DNA from: Akkermansia muciniphila
GTDB lineage: Bacteria; Verrucomicrobiota; Verrucomicrobiia; Limisphaerales; UBA9464
Direction: 5' to 3'
Length of the DNA stretch: 64,000 bases
NCBI GenBank assembly: GCA_945893185.1
Contig: CAMDDW010000001.1
Location: 82,504 to 146,503, forward strand
Below the pieces are notes generated by a model that ran no database searches, was not told the origin of the DNA, and was given only the letters and a program-made list of their open reading frames with translations. Of this stretch, positions 49,212-59,946 are shown in pieces. The position numbers were made by a program, and so were the translations under genes. Position 1 is the first letter of the stretch, and each line of letters starts with the position of its first letter.

Positions 49212-50357
49212 TTACTGCTGAGCACCGTATCCAGCGACAGGAGTCCCGTCTTCCTGCAACCGGCCGGTCGCCCACAACGTACCGCGGGTAATCAAATCCA
49301 AGTACACCGGATCCGACATGGTGTGATTGTAATGCCCCATCGTCGTACCAAACACCCGGGCCTTGCCGTACTGATGCACCCAGACATTGGCCTCGCCCTT
49401 CTTCGTCTCCGGGCTATAGCCCACGGCCAGCGGAGTCGCCTCCTTCTCCACCTTCTCGATGATATACAACTCCTCCTTGGGCGTCTGCCACACGGCCGGG
49501 AAACCCTTCATCACCGGATGCTCGGGCTTCACATTGGTCATCGGATAAGCGAAGTGCGACCCGTGCGAGCGACTCGTCACGCCCACAAAACGGAACCACT
49601 CATTCGTCGGAGCCCGGTAGCAATGCATCGCGCAGTGAATGACCACCGCCGGAGTACCGGCACGGTGCGGAGCCACAATGCGCTCCAGCCAATTGGCATC
49701 CTTCTCATCCGCATAGCACTCATTGTGCAGCACCACGTCATAATTGGCCGCCCAATCCGCCGTCTGGTAAGCGCTCACCTTATGCTGAGTCCCATCGGCC
49801 CCCTTGTCGCGCACCAGCGTGAACTCCACATTAGCCCGCTTAGAAATCCCCTGCATCAGCGTCACCGCCTGAGCGTCGTACTCGTGGCAGCATCCACCCG
49901 TAATGAGCAACGCACGGAGCGGACGCGGACGGGAACCCGCCTTGCGCTCATAGCGAGCCAGTAGAACGCCACCGCCATCACCCACCTTAAAGGCCTTGGG
50001 CAAGTCGGACGAATCCAACGCATAGCAGGCCCGCCATCCGGTCGCGGTCTTCTCCACAATGGCCCGCACAACCTGGCCGACGTTCTTACCTTCCTCTTCC
50101 GTCACCGTCATCACCGAAGGGGTCGTGGTATAATCCATGGCAAACTTACCCTTAGCCAACATCTGACCGCCCACCTCCATCGAATACTTGCTCCCAGAAA
50201 AGGTCGCCATCAGCGCCTTGCGAGTTTCCTCCGGCAGAGGCCCCTGCTCCGTCTCCAACTCGGCCATGGTCCAAGAACCGTCGAAGTCGATGGCGGGAGC
50301 TGCGGCTTGGAGCCACAGAGCGGACAAGAATAGAAAGAGACGTGCGAAGGTCTTCAT
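49212..50357 (-). CDS. Secreted fusion of a TIGR03067-like lipocalin-type domain and a ThuA-like (class-I glutamine-amidotransferase-fold) domain
   Basis: ATG 50357 gives the signal peptide MKTFARLFLFLSALWLQAAAP. The next part, DGSWTMAELETEQGPLPEE...KGKFAMDYTTTP...RAIVEKTATGWRACYA, resembles the PVC TIGR03067 domain. The C-terminal part has LLITGGCCHEYD...VVIHCAMHCY...TMGHYNHT, which is ThuA-like. Confidence 0.65.
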   Translation of the reverse strand: MKTFARLFLFLSALWLQAAAPAIDFDGSWTMAELETEQGPLPEETRKALMATFSGSKYSMEVGGQMLAKGKFAMDYTTTPSVMTVTEEEGKNVGQVVRAIVEKTATGWRACYALDSSDLPKAFKVGDGGGVLLARYERKAGSRPRPLRALLITGGCCHEYDAQAVTLMQGISKRANVEFTLVRDKGADGTQHKVSAYQTADWAANYDVVLHNECYADEKDANWLERIVAPHRAGTPAVVIHCAMHCYRAPTNEWFRFVGVTSRSHGSHFAYPMTNVKPEHPVMKGFPAVWQTPKEELYIIEKVEKEATPLAVGYSPETKKGEANVWVHQYGKARVFGTTMGHYNHTMSDPVYLDLITRGTLWATGRLQEDGTPVAGYGAQQ

Positions 50358-50459
50358 GGAATTAGGCCAATAGGCTGAACCCGGAATCGCCTCCGGCCAA
50401 GCCACATCTGCATTTGCATTAATGGCCGCCCTAACCCAGGCACCCGCACGATCAATCCC

Positions 50460-50765
50460 GCAGCGCCCCACCGATAACTCGTCCCCCGCATCTGCATCCG
50501 AAATTTAAGCCCCCAAAGATGGATTAGAGTCCCCTTCACCTTGCCCTAATGGCATCGCACCTCATCGAAGCAGCAGCGCCCCACCGACAACCCGCCCCCC
50601 CCGCATCTCCATCCGAAATTTAAGTCCCCAATATGGATCACCCAGCAGCAGCGCCCCACCGACAACTCGTTCCCCGCATCTCCATCCGAGATCTAAGCCG
50701 CTTGATGGATCAGAGTCCCCTTCACCTTCCCCCACTGGCATCGCACCTCATCGAAGCAGCAGCGG
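50460..50765. repeat. Tandem array of three ~113-bp units (middle unit lacks ~37 bp)
   Basis: The units start with GCAGCGCCCCACCGA at about 50460, 50573 and 50648. Each contains CGCATCT[G/C]CATCCGA[A/G]AT[T/C]TAAG and [A/T]GATGGAT. Units 1 and 3 also carry AGAGTCCCCTTCACCTT.CCC.A.TGGCATCGCACCTCATCGAAGCA. Confidence 0.8.
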
Positions 50766-50908
50766 GATCGGTCCGGAGCGAGCATTGGAAGCGATCCACA
50801 AAAAAACCTGCGCGTCAGCGCAATGGCTGATCCTCCCCCGAGCTTACCTGCGAGCGCAGGATCGATTCCGCGGCGCCCCACCGCAGACCGACCAGAACTC
50901 CGAACCCC

Positions 50909-51853
50909 TCAAGCCGCCACCTGAAGCGACGCCCCCCCATTGACCAAATACAACGCCGCCATGCGCACCGCCAACCCATTGGTCACCTGCTCCAGAATCA
51001 CCGACTGAGGCCCATCCGCGATACTGCTCGCAATCTCCACCCCCCGATTGATCGGCCCAGGATGCATAATCAACGCATCCGGCTTCACCTTGGCCATACG
51101 ATCCGTGTTCAGCCCGAACAACGCCGCATACTCACCCGTGCTCGGGAACATCGACGCCTTCTGCCTCTCATGCTGGATGCGCAGCAAATTGATCACATCG
51201 GCGTCCCGCAGCGCCTCATCGATATTCCACGTCACCCGGACATTCGGAGCAAACGACTCAAACAACTTCGGCACCAACGTCGGCGGACCACACAAAGTCA
51301 CGTTCGCACCCAACTTTGTCAGCGCCCAAATGTTCGAACGCGCCACCCGACTGTAGAGGATATCCCCCAGAATCGTCACATTCAGCCCAGCAATCCGCCC
51401 CTTCTTTTCTCGGATCGTAAAAATATCCAAAAGCCCCTGAGTCGGATGCTCATGAGCACCGTCCCCCGCATTTAAGACATGGGCCCCCAAAAACCGCGCC
51501 AAAAAGTGAGGCGCCCCACTCGCCCCATGCCGCAAAATGATGATGTCGGCATTCAGGGCCTCCAAGTTCCGGGCCGTATCCTTGAGCGTCTCCCCCTTCC
51601 TCAGAGAGCTGGCTTCCGCCGAAAAATTAATCACATCGGCGCTCAAGCGCAGCGCAGCCAATTCAAAACTAATGCGCGTACGGGTACTGGGCTCGACGAA
51701 CAAGTTCACCACCGTCTTACCGCGCAGCGCCGGCACCTTCTTGATAGAACGCTGTCCCACGGCCTTGAACTCACGAGCCGTATCCAGCAAGTGAATGATT
51801 TCTTCAGCGGAAAGGCTCTGAAGGTCGAGCAAGTGTTTACGGTTCCAGATCAT
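50909..51853 (-). CDS. pyrB: Aspartate carbamoyltransferase catalytic subunit
   Basis: EPSTRTRISFE, HEHPTQGLLD, HPGPINRG. Start trimmed to ATG 51853 (MIWNRKHLLDL), which overlaps the pyrR stop as ATGA. Confidence 0.9.
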   Translation of the reverse strand: MIWNRKHLLDLQSLSAEEIIHLLDTAREFKAVGQRSIKKVPALRGKTVVNLFVEPSTRTRISFELAALRLSADVINFSAEASSLRKGETLKDTARNLEALNADIIILRHGASGAPHFLARFLGAHVLNAGDGAHEHPTQGLLDIFTIREKKGRIAGLNVTILGDILYSRVARSNIWALTKLGANVTLCGPPTLVPKLFESFAPNVRVTWNIDEALRDADVINLLRIQHERQKASMFPSTGEYAALFGLNTDRMAKVKPDALIMHPGPINRGVEIASSIADGPQSVILEQVTNGLAVRMAALYLVNGGASLQVAA

Positions 51854-52407
51854 GACGCAGGTTGGACGGCCGAAGATGCCAGAGTTTCGCGCACAAAAAC
51901 ACCGTCTTCTTCGCCCCCAGTGGAGCAACGAACCAGCACGGACTGCCGCAATGAAGTAGCCACTTTCTTGCCGACCACATCCGGACGGATCGGGAGTTGT
52001 CGATGCCCCCGATCAATCACCACCGCCAACTGCACCCGACTCGGACGCCCAAACTCATGAAGCGCATCCATCGCCGCACGCACCGTTCGCCCAGTGAAGA
52101 AGACATCATCCACCAACACCACCGTCTTGCCCTGAATATCGCCCGGGATCTCGGTCGGATGCACCGCCGGCGCAGTCCGTTGGTTGAGATCGTCGCGGTA
52201 GAAGGTCACATCGATCGTGCCGCACGGGACAGTTCGCCCAAACACCTGGGCCAATTCAGCGGCCAATCGACGGGCCACCGGCACCCCGCCCCGTTGGATA
52301 CCCACCAGCACCAACGATCCGGCATCCGGATTGGCCTCGGCAATCTCATGGGCCATGCGCGTCAGCGTTCGCTGAAGGGCCGCCGAATCGAGAAGCATGG
52401 AATTCAT
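51850..52407 (-). CDS. pyrR: Bifunctional pyrimidine operon regulator / uracil phosphoribosyltransferase PyrR
   Basis: PRPP-binding loop VVLVDDVFFTGRTVRAA and the N-terminal segment LVGIQRGGVPVA. The track start is TTG 52425; the first in-frame ATG is at 52407. Confidence 0.88.
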   Translation of the reverse strand: MNSMLLDSAALQRTLTRMAHEIAEANPDAGSLVLVGIQRGGVPVARRLAAELAQVFGRTVPCGTIDVTFYRDDLNQRTAPAVHPTEIPGDIQGKTVVLVDDVFFTGRTVRAAMDALHEFGRPSRVQLAVVIDRGHRQLPIRPDVVGKKVATSLRQSVLVRCSTGGEEDGVFVRETLASSAVQPAS

Positions 52408-52474
52408 GATCGAAGAGGGACACAAACCTAGCCGCTAGATACTCCACAGAGGCTTGCAGACACAGGCGAGCAAT

Positions 52475-52696
52475 TCAGGTAAGGGTTCCCGAAGTCCGGG
52501 AGCGTCGCCAACTGGCACGGTGCTTGGTGATCCAATCCACCAAGGCCGCCTCGAACCCGATATCGTAACCCACTTTCTCCGACTCAATCCACTTGTGCTT
52601 CAGGATTTCATCCTTCTCGGCAAGAAATTCTCGATACAGCGACGAACGCTGGAGAATGCCCAGTTGCAGGCCAGACGAGGGTAAGGAGTGCGTCAT
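52475..52696 (-). CDS. Small conserved hypothetical protein (KHKW-x-ESEK-x-G-x-D-x-G motif)
   Basis: ATG 52696 gives 73 aa containing EILKHKWIESEKVGYDIGFEAALVDWI. I recall this motif from DUF4032-type small proteins, unverified. The longer track ORF (to 52885) would overlap the neighbouring + strand gene. Confidence 0.45.
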   Translation of the reverse strand: MTHSLPSSGLQLGILQRSSLYREFLAEKDEILKHKWIESEKVGYDIGFEAALVDWITKHRASWRRSRTSGTLT

Positions 52697-52799
52697 GTTA
52701 CGGATTGTTGACCTAACAGCCAAACCGTACTGAGGATCGGCGGCCTGTAAAACGGTTTTCCTCCTGCTTTTCACCCCCGCCTCAACTAATGTCTCCCCG

Positions 52800-53738
52800 T
52801 TGAAACGGATCCTCACTTTGATCGGCCTCCTGGCCAGCCTCTGGACGGGCTGCTCCTCGGCAAAAAACCCGGTCGGCTCCACCACCCGAACCCAGCCCCT
52901 CTCGGTGGCTCAATCCTGGACCCTCACCCCGCCCGGCGGGCGTTTTGATGCATCGGCCCTGGTCCGCCTGCTCGACGGTCGAATGCTCACTGTCAACGAC
53001 AAAGAAACCGGACTCTTCGAAATTCAGTTCCCTAGCTCTGGCACCGAAGCCGTCCTGGTTTCCTACGCAGGCCTGTCCCCTTCTCTGTTTGAACCCCTGA
53101 CACCCGGTCGAGACTTGCCATGGGATGTCGAGGGGATCGGCATCGACAGCACCGGGGCCCTCTATCTGAGCGAGGAACATTCGCGCTGGATACTCAAGCA
53201 ATCGGCCCCCGGTAAACCGCTCGAGCGTCTGCCCATTGACTGGTCTCCGGCTTCCCGATGGTTCAGCAAGACCGACCGGAACGCCTCCTTCGAAGGTGTG
53301 GCGGCCGGCGACCGCTTTCTCTACGTGGCCAACGAACGGGACACCGGACGCATCCTTGAAATCGACCGCAAGACACTTCAGGTGGTGGGCGATTTCCAGC
53401 CCCGCCCCCCCGGAGCCTCTGGTGACGACATCCACTACACCGACCTGTGCTGGTTCGACGGGGAACTCTGGGCTTTGTGCCGTGAACACCGGCGGGTGCT
53501 CTGCATCAACCCACACACCCACGCGGTGCGGCTTTCCTTCAGTTATTTTCCGATCGAAATGGACCCCAAGTACGCCTACCAGCACTTGCTGCCGTACGGG
53601 TTCTTCGAAGGACTCAGCGTGGATGCCGACAACGTCTGGCTCCTCATCGACAACAACGGGTACCCGCGCAAATCCAACCCTCAGGATGCACGACCGCTGC
53701 TGCTACGATGTCCCAGGCCCGATCGCACTAGACGGTAA
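52800..53738 (+). CDS. Lipoprotein, probable beta-propeller (SdiA-regulated / phytase-like esterase type)
   Basis: TTG start. Signal plus lipobox KRILTLIGLLASLWTGCSS. Repeated propeller-like segments (WDVEGIGIDSTGALYLSEE, SFEGVAAGDRFLYVANERD, YTDLCWFDGELWALCRE). Preferred over the antisense ORF 52782..53585 on composition. Confidence 0.55.
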   Translation: MKRILTLIGLLASLWTGCSSAKNPVGSTTRTQPLSVAQSWTLTPPGGRFDASALVRLLDGRMLTVNDKETGLFEIQFPSSGTEAVLVSYAGLSPSLFEPLTPGRDLPWDVEGIGIDSTGALYLSEEHSRWILKQSAPGKPLERLPIDWSPASRWFSKTDRNASFEGVAAGDRFLYVANERDTGRILEIDRKTLQVVGDFQPRPPGASGDDIHYTDLCWFDGELWALCREHRRVLCINPHTHAVRLSFSYFPIEMDPKYAYQHLLPYGFFEGLSVDADNVWLLIDNNGYPRKSNPQDARPLLLRCPRPDRTRR

Positions 53739-53777
53739 TTTTCAGCCCAACTGGGAGGGCTCAAACACTGCCAAGTC

Positions 53778-54512
53778 TCACACACTGCCAAAACGGCGGT
53801 GCCGTCGGGCGTATTCTTCCAAAGCCTCGCACAGGTGGGCTTTGCGAAACTCCGGCCACAAAGTCTGGGTGATGACGAACTCCGCATAGCTCAACTGCCA
53901 CAACAAGAAGTTGCTAATGCGCATCTCGCCGCTGGTGCGGATCATTAAATCGGGATCGGGCCAATGGCGGGTATAGAGGTGCTCAGAGATGACGCGCTCA
54001 TTGATTTCCGCCGGATCGAGGGTTCCCGTTTTCACCTTTTCGGCGATGGCTCGCGTGGCTTCGATCAACTCGGTCCGCCCGCCGTAGCTCAAGGCCAGAA
54101 TCAGCGTCAAACCATTGTTCTTGGCCAAGGCGGCCCGGGTCTTGGCCAACTGCTCTTGAACGGCCTCAGGAAGACGCCAAATTTGCCCAATGGCCTCCAA
54201 TCGGACGTTGTTGCGATTGAGTTCTCCAATCTCGTTCTTCAGGAAGCGAGCCAGATACTTCATGAGCGTATCCACCTCATCCTTCGGCCGGTTCCAGTTC
54301 TCAACCGAGAACGCGTAGAGCGTCAGGTACTTGATGCCGACTTCAGCGGCGGCACGGACAATGGTTCGGACCGATTCCACGCCATTGCGATGCCCTTCGA
54401 CCCGCGGCAACCCACGTTGCTTGGCCCACCGCCCATTGCCATCCATGATAACGGCGACATGGGTCGGCAAATTGACCTGTGCCGCCGCGGAAAGCTTGGG
54501 CTCGGCGCTCAC
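53778..54512 (-). CDS. uppS: Isoprenyl transferase (undecaprenyl-diphosphate synthase)
   Basis: HVAVIMDGNGRWA, and ISNFLLWQLSYAEF at the C-terminus. The track start 54638 overlaps purA by 118 nt. In-frame GTG 54512 lies just after the purA stop and gives a typical ~244-aa product. Confidence 0.85.
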   Translation of the reverse strand: MSAEPKLSAAAQVNLPTHVAVIMDGNGRWAKQRGLPRVEGHRNGVESVRTIVRAAAEVGIKYLTLYAFSVENWNRPKDEVDTLMKYLARFLKNEIGELNRNNVRLEAIGQIWRLPEAVQEQLAKTRAALAKNNGLTLILALSYGGRTELIEATRAIAEKVKTGTLDPAEINERVISEHLYTRHWPDPDLMIRTSGEMRISNFLLWQLSYAEFVITQTLWPEFRKAHLCEALEEYARRHRRFGSV

Positions 54513-54520
54513 AGGCAACC

Positions 54521-55834
<1,314 letters not shown>

Positions 55835-55992
55835 TCATGTCAGGGCCTGCATTCCGATGACAGCATCTAAAGTTTAGGGAAAGGAATCATCGGGGTCAAC
55901 GATGCAGGATTCCTTTGCAAGGAATCACCCAAGGCATTGGACACCGCACTGGCTACCGCGCACAGATAGCCCACTCCAGAACCGGCCCAGAA

Positions 55993-56150
55993 GGAACGCT
56001 GCGGTTGGGAGAGGAGTGATTGCCGGATACATTCTTTGGAAATACTCGGCGTGAGCGAGGTGCAAACCCTGCTGAGGTCCGTAACGAGCGATCGACCCAG
56101 CTCTAGCGGAAGAAGATCCCGCAAGAACCCCCGATCCCATGAAGCCGTTC
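55993..56150 (+). repeat. Dispersed intergenic element, copy 3 (~158 nt)
   Basis: GGAACGCTGCGGTTGGGAGAGG ... GGTCCGTAACGAGCGATCGACCCAGCTCTAGCGGAAGAAGA ... CCGATCCCATGAAGCCGTTC. Aligns with copy 1 along essentially its whole length. Confidence 0.75.
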
Positions 56151-56159
56151 AGTAGAAGC

Positions 56160-56906
56160 TCAGAGATCCAAAGGCCCCGCGAATGCGGCATGCCGAATAT
56201 CCCGTGCTTCATAGAGGTACACCGCCTCTTCGGCGATGTTCTTGGCGTGATCAGCGATCCTCTCGAGGGCTTTGCTAACGGTCATGAGGTGCAGGCATCG
56301 ACCGATATTCGAGGGATCCTGAATCATGAACTGGGTCAACTCCTGATGCAGCGACCGGTTCAACGCATCGACGGCTTTGTCGCGCGGAATCACCGCTCGG
56401 GCCTTGACGGTGTCGCCATGCACGAAGGCGTTCAGGGCGTCCCTCAACATCTCGGTGGCCATGTGGGACATCTTTAGAATGTCCTGATAGGGCTTGAGCT
56501 GCGGCTCGCGACCTAACTCCAGAGCGCGTCGCGCAATGGTGGTGGATTCATCGCCGATGCGCTCCAAATCTCCGGTGATCTTAATCACCACCGTGATCAG
56601 GCGCAGCTGTCCCGCCAACGGCGCCTTGGTCAGCAGCACAATCGATGCGGCATCCAACGCTTTCTCCAACTCGTCCAACGGCTCGTCCCCGGCGGTCACA
56701 CTGCGAGCCAAGTCATCGTCCCGATCTACAAGGGCCCGGACGGCGCGGACGACCAGGCTTTCCGTCATCCCTGCCATGCGGAGCAACTGGTCCTTGAGCT
56801 GTGTGATCTCTGCCTCCAACGATGTCACTGGAGAGTATTGGGCCGAGGGAAGTCTCTTTTGGAAACTCTGGATTCGACGATTCGCATCACGGATCGAACC
56901 TCTCAA
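56160..56906 (-). CDS. phoU: Phosphate signalling regulator PhoU
   Basis: Two PhoU repeats (…[10 protein letters not shown]…, …[14 protein letters not shown]…). Last gene of the pst cluster. The TTG start overlaps the pstB stop. Confidence 0.85.
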   Translation of the reverse strand: MRGSIRDANRRIQSFQKRLPSAQYSPVTSLEAEITQLKDQLLRMAGMTESLVVRAVRALVDRDDDLARSVTAGDEPLDELEKALDAASIVLLTKAPLAGQLRLITVVIKITGDLERIGDESTTIARRALELGREPQLKPYQDILKMSHMATEMLRDALNAFVHGDTVKARAVIPRDKAVDALNRSLHQELTQFMIQDPSNIGRCLHLMTVSKALERIADHAKNIAEEAVYLYEARDIRHAAFAGPLDL

Positions 56907-57739
56907 CTAAAGCGACCTGTCACATAGTCTTCGGTGCGAGGGTCTCGGGGCTGGGAAAAAATCCGATTAGTCCGGTCCACCTCAACCAGCTCACCCTGAT
57001 GGAGAAAGGCCGTCTGGTCAGACAAACGCGCGGCCTGCTGCATGTGATGAGTCACCATGAGGATGGTGTAGTCCTCGCGCAGTTCGCGAATGAGATCCTC
57101 GATCCGACCCACCGAGACCGGGTCCAGAGCACCGGCCGGTTCATCCATGAGCAGCACCTCCGGTTCGACGGCCACCGCCCGCGCGATGCACAAGCGTTGC
57201 TGCTGCCCCCCGGAAAGCCGGAGCGCGTTCTCACCTAGGCGGTCCCGGACTTCATCCCACAACGCTACGCGCCGCAGCGCCGATGCGACCCGTCCCTCCA
57301 ACTCAGAACCCGAACATCCGCCGATCCGTAGACCGAAGGCTACGTTGTCGAAGACTGACTGCGGGAACGGGTTGGATTTCTGAAAAATCATCCCTACCCG
57401 CCGACGGAGCTGTGTCACGTCCACCTGGGGATCCTGAACATCCACTCCGCCCACCCGGCAGCCCCCGCTCACACGAACCCCAGGGATGAGGTCATTCATC
57501 CGGTTAAGGCATCGCAACAAGGAAGACTTTCCGCAACCACTCGGTCCGATGAGCGCGGTGACCTGCCGCTCCGGGACAATCAGCGACACCGACCGCAGAG
57601 CTTGGGTCGGTCCATACCAGAGGGACAGGCTCTGGATTTCGATGCAAACAGGGTTCTGGAGAGCCTCGGAGGTCACGGTGTCAAAGGCGATCTCGCGCCG
57701 CCGGGGTGGCCCGGAATCGGAGGATCGCTGCGCCAGCAT
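56903..57739 (-). CDS. pstB: Phosphate ABC transporter ATP-binding protein PstB
   Basis: [27 protein letters not shown] 57739 overlaps the pstA 3' end by 59 nt; an in-frame GTG at 57676 is an alternative start. Confidence 0.9.
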   Translation of the reverse strand: MLAQRSSDSGPPRRREIAFDTVTSEALQNPVCIEIQSLSLWYGPTQALRSVSLIVPERQVTALIGPSGCGKSSLLRCLNRMNDLIPGVRVSGGCRVGGVDVQDPQVDVTQLRRRVGMIFQKSNPFPQSVFDNVAFGLRIGGCSGSELEGRVASALRRVALWDEVRDRLGENALRLSGGQQQRLCIARAVAVEPEVLLMDEPAGALDPVSVGRIEDLIRELREDYTILMVTHHMQQAARLSDQTAFLHQGELVEVDRTNRIFSQPRDPRTEDYVTGRFS

Positions 57740-58598
57740 TCAACATTAGGGACAGGAAGACGAGAGCCCAGACGCTGGCCAGCAACAGGGGGCGGCTGGC
57801 CCGAGGGTCGGGGGACTGCGTGGACAAGACAAAGACCTGGTAGGCCAAGTCCATGAAGCGCTCATTCAAGGCCAGCGAACCCTGAGTGGCGACTGCGGCT
57901 CCGGTGAAGAGCAGCGGCACGACCTCTCCGGATGCCCGTCCAATGGCCAGAATCACTCCGGTCGCCATTCCTGGCAGAGCATTGGGCAGGAGGATTCGTA
58001 GCAACACTTGCAGGCGAGTGGCACCCAATGCGATGGCCGCGACCCGGAGATTCTGAGACACCGAGCGCAAGGCTTCCTCGGTGGCCACGACCACCACCGG
58101 CAAGGTCATCAACGCCATGGTGAGTGAGGCCCACAACAAGGCCGGACGCCCCCAAACAGGGGATGCGAGATCGCCCGTCCAACGATCCAACCCTCCGCCC
58201 ACGACGCCGACGAAGAACCCGAGGCCGAACAGTCCAAAGATCACGCTGGGAACACCGGCCAATACCTGGATGAGCCATCGCAGCATCCGGGCAGTCCGGG
58301 ATCCCGACGGCGCGTACTCAGCCAAGTATACGGCCGTGAGGATGCCCATGGGAATTACGGCAAAAGACATCAGAAAAGTTCGCGCAGCCGTCCCGACCAA
58401 AAGCGGTACCAGGTGGACACTCCGAGGATCCAAGGGATTCGAAGCACCATTCTCTGAGCCAACCCACGCCGCCCACGACAGATGAGGCCAAGCCATCAAG
58501 GAAATCCCCAGAATGAGGCTCAACACCAAACCGGCCAGTGCCCAAGCGACAGCGCCGGTCAGGCGAGGAAACAACCACGCAGGGATTCGTCGGATCAT
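57681..58598 (-). CDS. pstA: Phosphate ABC transporter permease PstA
   Basis: Start trimmed to ATG 58598 ([10 protein letters not shown]...), which overlaps the pstC stop as ATGA. The Gly/Arg-rich 122 aa upstream of it in the track ORF looks non-coding. Has an EAA-like loop (EALRSV...AIALGAT). Confidence 0.85.
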   Translation of the reverse strand: MIRRIPAWLFPRLTGAVAWALAGLVLSLILGISLMAWPHLSWAAWVGSENGASNPLDPRSVHLVPLLVGTAARTFLMSFAVIPMGILTAVYLAEYAPSGSRTARMLRWLIQVLAGVPSVIFGLFGLGFFVGVVGGGLDRWTGDLASPVWGRPALLWASLTMALMTLPVVVVATEEALRSVSQNLRVAAIALGATRLQVLLRILLPNALPGMATGVILAIGRASGEVVPLLFTGAAVATQGSLALNERFMDLAYQVFVLSTQSPDPRASRPLLLASVWALVFLSLMLNAGAAILRFRATPAARDRL

Positions 58599-59785
58599 GC
58601 TATTGCCTCCCCTCGGAATCGGGCCTGTCGAGTGCGGATGCCCCGGGCCAACCCCTGAAGCACCACACTCAGAACCAACAACAAGAACCCCATCAGGAAC
58701 AGCACTCGGTAGTGAGGTCCGCCCCGTGCCGCCTCGCCCAATTCGATTGCCAACGTCACCGGCACGGTCCGAACCGGATCCCATACGCTCCATCCAAGGG
58801 TCGGCGCATTGCCGCTGACCATCATCACGATCATCGTTTCTCCCAAGGCTTGAGCCGCACCCAGCAACACCGCGGCGCTGATACCGGGGGCCGCCGCCGG
58901 TAATACCACACGGCGAACCGCTTCCCACGGAGTGGCTCCCAGAGCCAACGCTCCCCGGACCCAATCTCGTGGCACCGCACTCAGAGCGTCCTCAGCCAGT
59001 GAAAAAATCACCGGCACGATGGCCACACCCACCGCCACCCCAGCCAACATCCCATTGAGCAGGAACGGAACTCCGACGACCCGCTGGAAGACCGGAGCCA
59101 AAATCCCCAGGGCAAGAAAACCCATCACTACAGTCGGAATCCCAGCAATGAGTTCGATGATCGGCTTGAGCCACAGGCGCCATCGAACGGTGGCGACTTG
59201 AGACACATAGAGAGCTGCTGCCATCGCCAGAGGCACACCCACCACCAAAGCAATCACGGTTACCTTGAAGGTTCCCCACCACAGCGGAATCAGGTTGAAA
59301 CGGGGTCCCGCTCCGGAAGGTTGCCAGAGGTACACCGGGGTTTCGTACCCCTTCCAGGCGTAAGGCAGAATCAGTTGCCTCCAGTGGGTGGGATGGACGG
59401 AAGCCCCTCCCTGCCCCTGTTCCTCTCCACGTTCCTCGGCCAAGGTTTCTGCGCGAACCTCCGCCAGCAGTCGAAGTTGTTCCGGGGTCTTGGAAGCAAA
59501 CTCCGACGGACTCAGCCCCAAAAAGCGCTGCAGGGATTTATTGGGAACCCGATCCAAGTCACCCGACGCGATCTCCGTATTCGTGGGCCCCTCAGCAACC
59601 TGTCCCACCAGCGCCGGCCAGGCCTCGACGCAAATAAAAAGGAACACCAGAACCGTGGCCGACCCGACCCCGGCCGCCACCAGGGTGATGCCACGAGCCG
59701 CCCAGACATCCAACCAAGCGGATCGGCGCCGGCGGGTCAGCGACTCACTGAATCGTGGAATGGACTTCTTCGGGACCGGATTCAT
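58595..59785 (-). CDS. pstC: Phosphate ABC transporter permease PstC (long form with ~100-aa loop after TM1)
   Basis: 396 aa. Contains EDALSAVPRDWVRGALALGAT. There is an extended hydrophilic segment between the first and second hydrophobic helices. Confidence 0.85.
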   Translation of the reverse strand: MNPVPKKSIPRFSESLTRRRRSAWLDVWAARGITLVAAGVGSATVLVFLFICVEAWPALVGQVAEGPTNTEIASGDLDRVPNKSLQRFLGLSPSEFASKTPEQLRLLAEVRAETLAEERGEEQGQGGASVHPTHWRQLILPYAWKGYETPVYLWQPSGAGPRFNLIPLWWGTFKVTVIALVVGVPLAMAAALYVSQVATVRWRLWLKPIIELIAGIPTVVMGFLALGILAPVFQRVVGVPFLLNGMLAGVAVGVAIVPVIFSLAEDALSAVPRDWVRGALALGATPWEAVRRVVLPAAAPGISAAVLLGAAQALGETMIVMMVSGNAPTLGWSVWDPVRTVPVTLAIELGEAARGGPHYRVLFLMGFLLLVLSVVLQGLARGIRTRQARFRGEAIA

Positions 59786-59946
59786 CCGAGGCTCAACTGG
59801 ATAAGACAGCGTCGGTCTGGACGGCCTTCTTGGAAAGCATCGAGCCGAGAAGATTCATCGCGTGGGACCGGGAGGCAGATCAACCGAAAGAAATCTGCTA
59901 GGCCTGCGCTTGGCACTCCTGTCAAAGGACTCCAAAGTGCCCCGGC

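Noticed and set aside
50460-50765. Possibility that the tandem array is a CRISPR locus.
   Set aside because: The units abut directly with no unique spacers. The unit length (~113 bp) is far from CRISPR repeat size, and there are no cas genes in the window.
52443-52454. TCCACAGAGGCT, one mismatch from the PyrR-binding loop consensus UCCAGAGAGGCU, just upstream of pyrR.
   Set aside because: It is on the plus strand, whereas pyrR-pyrB are transcribed on the minus strand. On the correct strand the leader shows no PyrR box or anti-terminator arrangement that I can see. Probably coincidental, though worth a covariance-model scan (Rfam PyrR element) on both strands.
52782-53585. 267-aa minus-strand ORF overlapping the 52800..53738 plus-strand lipoprotein gene.
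   Set aside because: The plus-strand product has a signal peptide, a lipobox and repeated propeller-like segments with normal aromatic content. The minus-strand product is Gly/Arg/Val-rich and featureless.
57681-58964. N-terminally inflated ORF-track models (pstA to 58964, murQ fusion to 12963, pyrB to 51928, ThuA-like to 50471, aroA to 18331, uppS to 54638, and others).
   Set aside because: The track reports the longest ORF, including GTG and TTG starts. The extensions overlap upstream genes, are low-complexity, and an internal start restores classic ATGA coupling or a proper signal peptide.
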